Source of the DNA: an uncultured Acidobacteriaceae bacterium
Lineage (GTDB): Bacteria > Acidobacteriota > Terriglobia > Terriglobales > Acidobacteriaceae
Assembly (NCBI GenBank): GCA_963796585.1
Contig: CAWCMB010000007.1
Span: 51,787 to 115,786, forward strand
Direction of reading: 5' to 3'
Length of the DNA stretch: 64,000 nt
A model generated the notes under the pieces. It saw nothing but the letters and a program-made list of their open reading frames with translations. It did no database searches and was not told where the DNA came from. The position numbers and the translations under genes are program-made. Of the stretch, positions 60,891-64,000 are shown one piece after another (the first letter of the stretch is position 1; each line of letters opens with the position of its first letter).

Positions 60891-61177
60891 ACAATCGACC
60901 GAGCAAACCGCCGACGCATGGAAAGCACCTGCTGTAGCCGCAGATGCGCGGGCCCGGAACCGCTAATCCCTGCTGTCAAAGAACCACTCACCTCAGCCGC
61001 TCAGCGACCGAGAACCTCCGCGCAACCTGGCAACAGCTTCGTAATCGCACTTCCGCGCAAACCTACGTCGCAATGGAAGCTGCTGTTGGATTCAGTTTTC
61101 TAGGAAAGCTGCGCGTCTTGCTTGGCTCTGCTCCTGCTATCCGCCGTCGGCGGACGGCGCGCTCAAGGGTTACAAAC

Positions 61178-61253
61178 TGGAGCTGGCGAAGGGATTTGAA
61201 CCCCCGACCCTCTGATTACAAATCAGATGCTCTACCAGCTGAGCTACGCCAGC
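61178..61253 (-). tRNA. tRNA-Thr (anticodon UGU)
   Basis: GCTGGCGTAGCTCAGCTGGTAGAGCATCTGATTTGTAATCAGAGGGTCGGGGGTTCAAATCCCTTCGCCAGCTCCA. Confidence 0.9.
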
Positions 61254-61555
61254 CTGCGGCCTGCCGCGACGCCACCGGCGCCATAGACTGGCCTAGAACT
61301 TTCCTGCCAACCGGGCACAAACATTGAGGGTAACACAACGGCAACCCACGTGCAAACGACGGCTTACACTCATCCATTCGCCGCCTTTGAAAGCGATCAT
61401 GAAAACCCGCAACTCGCCACTCCCGGGGGCCTTTAGGCTGGGATTCTGCAGAGTGTGCCCGGCCACCGGGCACGTACAGCGGAACACCACCAGTCTACCT
61501 GTTTTTCATGCGCTTCGCCAGTTGGAGCTTTTTACCGTATGATTCTGAACAATCG

Positions 61556-62611
61556 ATGCGCACCCGTAGGCGTCAACTCTGGATCGCACTCATCGTAGTC
61601 CTGGTTCTGGCGGGCGCAATTATCGCCGCCCTGCTCTTGCGGAGGCATGCGCCTCCCGATGCGGTGCGCCTGCTGCCTGACTCGGACGCAGTCCTTTACG
61701 TCAATCTCGAGCCCATTCGACTGCTGACCGACATGGGGAAGAAGCCCGCTTCCAATCGCGATCCCGAGTACCAGCAATTCGTTGACGAGACGGGATTCGA
61801 CTTCGAGCGCGATCTTGACCGCGCCGCCTTCGCCATCCATTACGGGGCGGAGAACGGCCAGGAAACCCGTTACACCGAGATCCTGCAAGGCCATTTCGAC
61901 CACAGCCGGGTGAGCCAATATCTCGCGAAGCTGTCAAAGAACTCCATCGAACAGTATGACGGCTTTGAGGTATATGTAATTCCGCTGGAGGGCCGTACCC
62001 TGCGCGTCGCGCTGCTGGGGCTGGATACTGCCGCGGCGTCCAATAACGCCGACCCTGGCTTCATTCACTACATCATCGATCGCTATAAGCAATCGGCACT
62101 GCCTTTTCCTGGACCAGCTCTGGTGCGGGATTATTACCGCCGAGTGCCGCTGGGGAGCGTGGTGTGGACCATTGCGCGCACGCCGTCGCAAGTCTCGATG
62201 CAGGATCGCGGCGAGTTGCTGATTCCTGGCGGATGGAGCAGTCTGTTGCCGAAAGGAAGCGTCGTCATCGCTTCCGCCCGCCCTTTGACGGATGTCCACC
62301 TGCGTGCTCAAGTCATCACCAAGAGCGAGGCGGAGGCGCGGAGCTTCGTTGGGCGCTTGAATGCATTCCTGGCATTGTTCGGCTCGATCGACATCTCGAT
62401 GGACGGCGGCGGTCCCGACCCTGACGTGAAGAAAGCGTTTGAAAGTTTCAAGGTCGAGCAAGACAAGAACGAAGCCGTGGTCACGGCAAGCGTGCCGTTT
62501 GCATTCTTTCGCAAGATCGTAAGCGACTCGCCCGTCGAAATCGCGCCGCCAACGCAAACGCCGCCTGAAGCGGCTGAGCCGGCAGGGCCAACGAAGAAGC
62601 ATAAGAAGTAG
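61556..62611 (+). CDS. hypothetical membrane-anchored protein
   Basis: MRTRRRQLWIALIVVLVLAGAIIAALLL is an N-terminal anchor. A soluble domain of about 300 aa and a P/A/K-rich tail follow. No family was recognised. Confidence 0.55.
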   Translation: MRTRRRQLWIALIVVLVLAGAIIAALLLRRHAPPDAVRLLPDSDAVLYVNLEPIRLLTDMGKKPASNRDPEYQQFVDETGFDFERDLDRAAFAIHYGAENGQETRYTEILQGHFDHSRVSQYLAKLSKNSIEQYDGFEVYVIPLEGRTLRVALLGLDTAAASNNADPGFIHYIIDRYKQSALPFPGPALVRDYYRRVPLGSVVWTIARTPSQVSMQDRGELLIPGGWSSLLPKGSVVIASARPLTDVHLRAQVITKSEAEARSFVGRLNAFLALFGSIDISMDGGGPDPDVKKAFESFKVEQDKNEAVVTASVPFAFFRKIVSDSPVEIAPPTQTPPEAAEPAGPTKKHKK

Positions 62612-62641
62612 TGGTCTGTCGCGGAAGTAGTTCGGGAAGTA

Positions 62642-62718
62642 TGGCGCGCCCTGAGAGATTCGAACTCCCGACCTTCTGGTTCGTAGCCAGACGCTCTATC
62701 CAGCTGAGCTAAGGGCGC
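62642..62718 (-). tRNA. tRNA-Arg (anticodon ACG)
   Basis: GCGCCCTTAGCTCAGCTGGATAGAGCGTCTGGCTACGAACCAGAAGGTCGGGAGTTCGAATCTCTCAGGGCGCGCCA. Confidence 0.9.
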
Positions 62719-62871
62719 GCATTGCAGTGCGGCTAAAAAAGTATAGCAAATTCTCGGCCGATTTCGGATGCGCGATCGTCGCCGAAGTTCCGCCGCGCGC
62801 GGTCCAGGGCCAGTCCGCCCCGCCTACGATCAGCAGAAACAGCAACCCCAGCAGCAAACCGCGGCTAACCA

Positions 62872-63942
62872 TTACTTCACTTGCGCGACGATCAGGTTGA
62901 CCGGCCCCGGGATACGGATTCGCTTGATCTCATTGAAGCCAGCAGCGTTTAGCCACGCTTCGTATTCCGGCTCACTGTAGGTGGCTCCGCCGCGCGTCGC
63001 CACCAGCATATTCAAGGCGAAGAGCGCAGCACTGCGAGGTGAGGCCTTGTCAGGGTCGACAATGAAGTCGGAGATTGCGATTCGCCCTTTCGGCATAAGG
63101 GCAGCGTGTGCCCGCGCCAACAACGCCTGATTCTCCTCGGGCGAAAACATGTGGCAGATCGATGAGAGCAGCACAAAATCATAGCCCTGCGGAGGAAGGT
63201 CGGCGCTCAGCATGTCTCCGCTGCGCACACTGACGCGGTCAGCAAGGCCGGCATCGGCAATGTGCTTCTGTGCAATCGGTACGACATCGGGCATATCGAT
63301 GATTTCGGAGTGCAGCTCGGGTGCCACTTTCGCGAATGCAATCGAGTAGGCTCCTGAACCTCCACCCAGATCGAGCATGCGCCGTGCGCCGTTCACGCCG
63401 ACCGCCTGTACGATTGCGCGGACCCGGCCACGCGCGCTGTGGTCCATGGCGGCAATGAAGGTTCCGGCATGTTCATGGTCAGGAACCGACGGGGCAGGGA
63501 AGCCAGTCTTTACCGAATCAGTCAGGTACGACCAGCGCTTCCACATATTAGCGGTGTGCAACTGCGCCTGGCGCGCACTGTCGGGCGAGCCTTCGGCAAG
63601 GAAGCGCGCTGTCGTGGGCGTATTGCGGAAGTTGCCATTCTCTTTCTGAAGCAGCCCGAGACCGACGAGCGCGTTCAGTAGCAACTCGGTCGCGCGAGAA
63701 TCGCTGGAGATTCGCTTCGCAACTTCCTTGGCGTCGCAGCCGTCGCGCAGCGCTGTAAAAACGTCGAGCTCCAGCGCGCTCAGAATCACCCGGCTGGGCA
63801 TGAAGGCACGAACCGTTTGGAACAGATCATCCGGCAGGACTCCGGTGGCGTCTTTGCCTTTGACCATGGCGAAATACTTCTGCCGGTGCTCAAGGATCTC
63901 TTCCCGCATCGCGGCGTAATCATTGCGTTGCAGGCGCGACAC
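62872..63942 (-). CDS. class I SAM-dependent O-methyltransferase (COMT/Methyltransf_2-like with N-terminal winged-helix dimerisation domain)
   Basis: SAM motif RMLDLGGGSGAYSIAF, ...DFVLLSSICHMF.... The frame stays open to the window end, so the start (GTG 63942) is uncertain. Confidence 0.8.
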   Translation of the reverse strand: MSRLQRNDYAAMREEILEHRQKYFAMVKGKDATGVLPDDLFQTVRAFMPSRVILSALELDVFTALRDGCDAKEVAKRISSDSRATELLLNALVGLGLLQKENGNFRNTPTTARFLAEGSPDSARQAQLHTANMWKRWSYLTDSVKTGFPAPSVPDHEHAGTFIAAMDHSARGRVRAIVQAVGVNGARRMLDLGGGSGAYSIAFAKVAPELHSEIIDMPDVVPIAQKHIADAGLADRVSVRSGDMLSADLPPQGYDFVLLSSICHMFSPEENQALLARAHAALMPKGRIAISDFIVDPDKASPRSAALFALNMLVATRGGATYSEPEYEAWLNAAGFNEIKRIRIPGPVNLIVAQVK

Positions 63943-64000
63943 TGGTTGTCCCTTGGTGATGTGCGACGCAACAATTTCCTTTACATCGCTCGGCCTTACC

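Overview
This 64-kb chromosomal window comes from a GC-rich bacterium. By hand count, the first 120 nt at the rpoC 3' end are about 63% G+C. The gene content (S46 and M28 peptidases, small secreted carboxypeptidase-regulatory-like proteins, a GAF-GAF sigma-54 activator) and the dense modular palindromic intergenic repeats suggest Acidobacteriota. That assignment is an inference, since no search was possible.

Core content:
- A partial Ser/Thr kinase, then tRNA-Thr(CGU) with an integrase remnant beside it.
- MerR-TPR, MscS-like, acyl-CoA dehydrogenase, VOC, a beta-propeller lipoprotein and an aminotransferase.
- A CNNM/permease pair and an AsmA-like protein.
- A GH15 glucoamylase-tkt-tal-zwf operon.
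- A sigma-54 activator followed by a STAS gene and a fusion of an RpiB-like domain to an AraC HTH.
- S46 peptidase, then cysteine desulfurase and mnmA.
- YtxH/DUF948-like, carD, PRC-barrel, HIT and rpsA.
- A small LysW-like zinc-ribbon gene with two secreted carboxypeptidase-regulatory-like genes.
- M28 peptidase, rhomboid and yihY.
- The canonical array tRNA(Thr-Tyr-Gly-Thr)-tuf-rpmG-tRNA(Trp)-secE-nusG-rplKAJL-rpoBC, then tRNA-Arg and an O-methyltransferase.

The window holds seven tRNA genes, all with encoded CCA, plus one tRNA-Gly 5' half-copy. There is no rRNA and no CRISPR array.

Most interesting observations:
1. A catalytically degenerate RpiB-like domain fused to an AraC DNA-binding domain. 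It is translationally coupled to a STAS gene, lies behind a sigma-54 activator and sits next to the pentose-phosphate operon.
2. A low-GC islet wedged between yihY and the 3' end of rpoC. It contains an RHH antitoxin, a truncated RelE/ParE toxin, and a tightly coupled pair of a PD-(D/E)xK-like gene and a PIN-like gene of unknown function.
3. A roughly 60-aa insertion with four CxxC pairs (a double zinc ribbon) in the N-terminal part of RpoB.
4. An unknown 124-aa ORF packed between tRNA-Thr and tuf.
5. Several repeat systems: nested palindromic MITE-like units, a composite 'GTCATCCTGAG...GGGATGAC' family, GGTGGCCCA hairpins, and arrays with strict 7-nt periodicity that flank genes and even supply start or stop regions.

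All functional calls rest on motif recognition by eye. Nothing was searched against a database.
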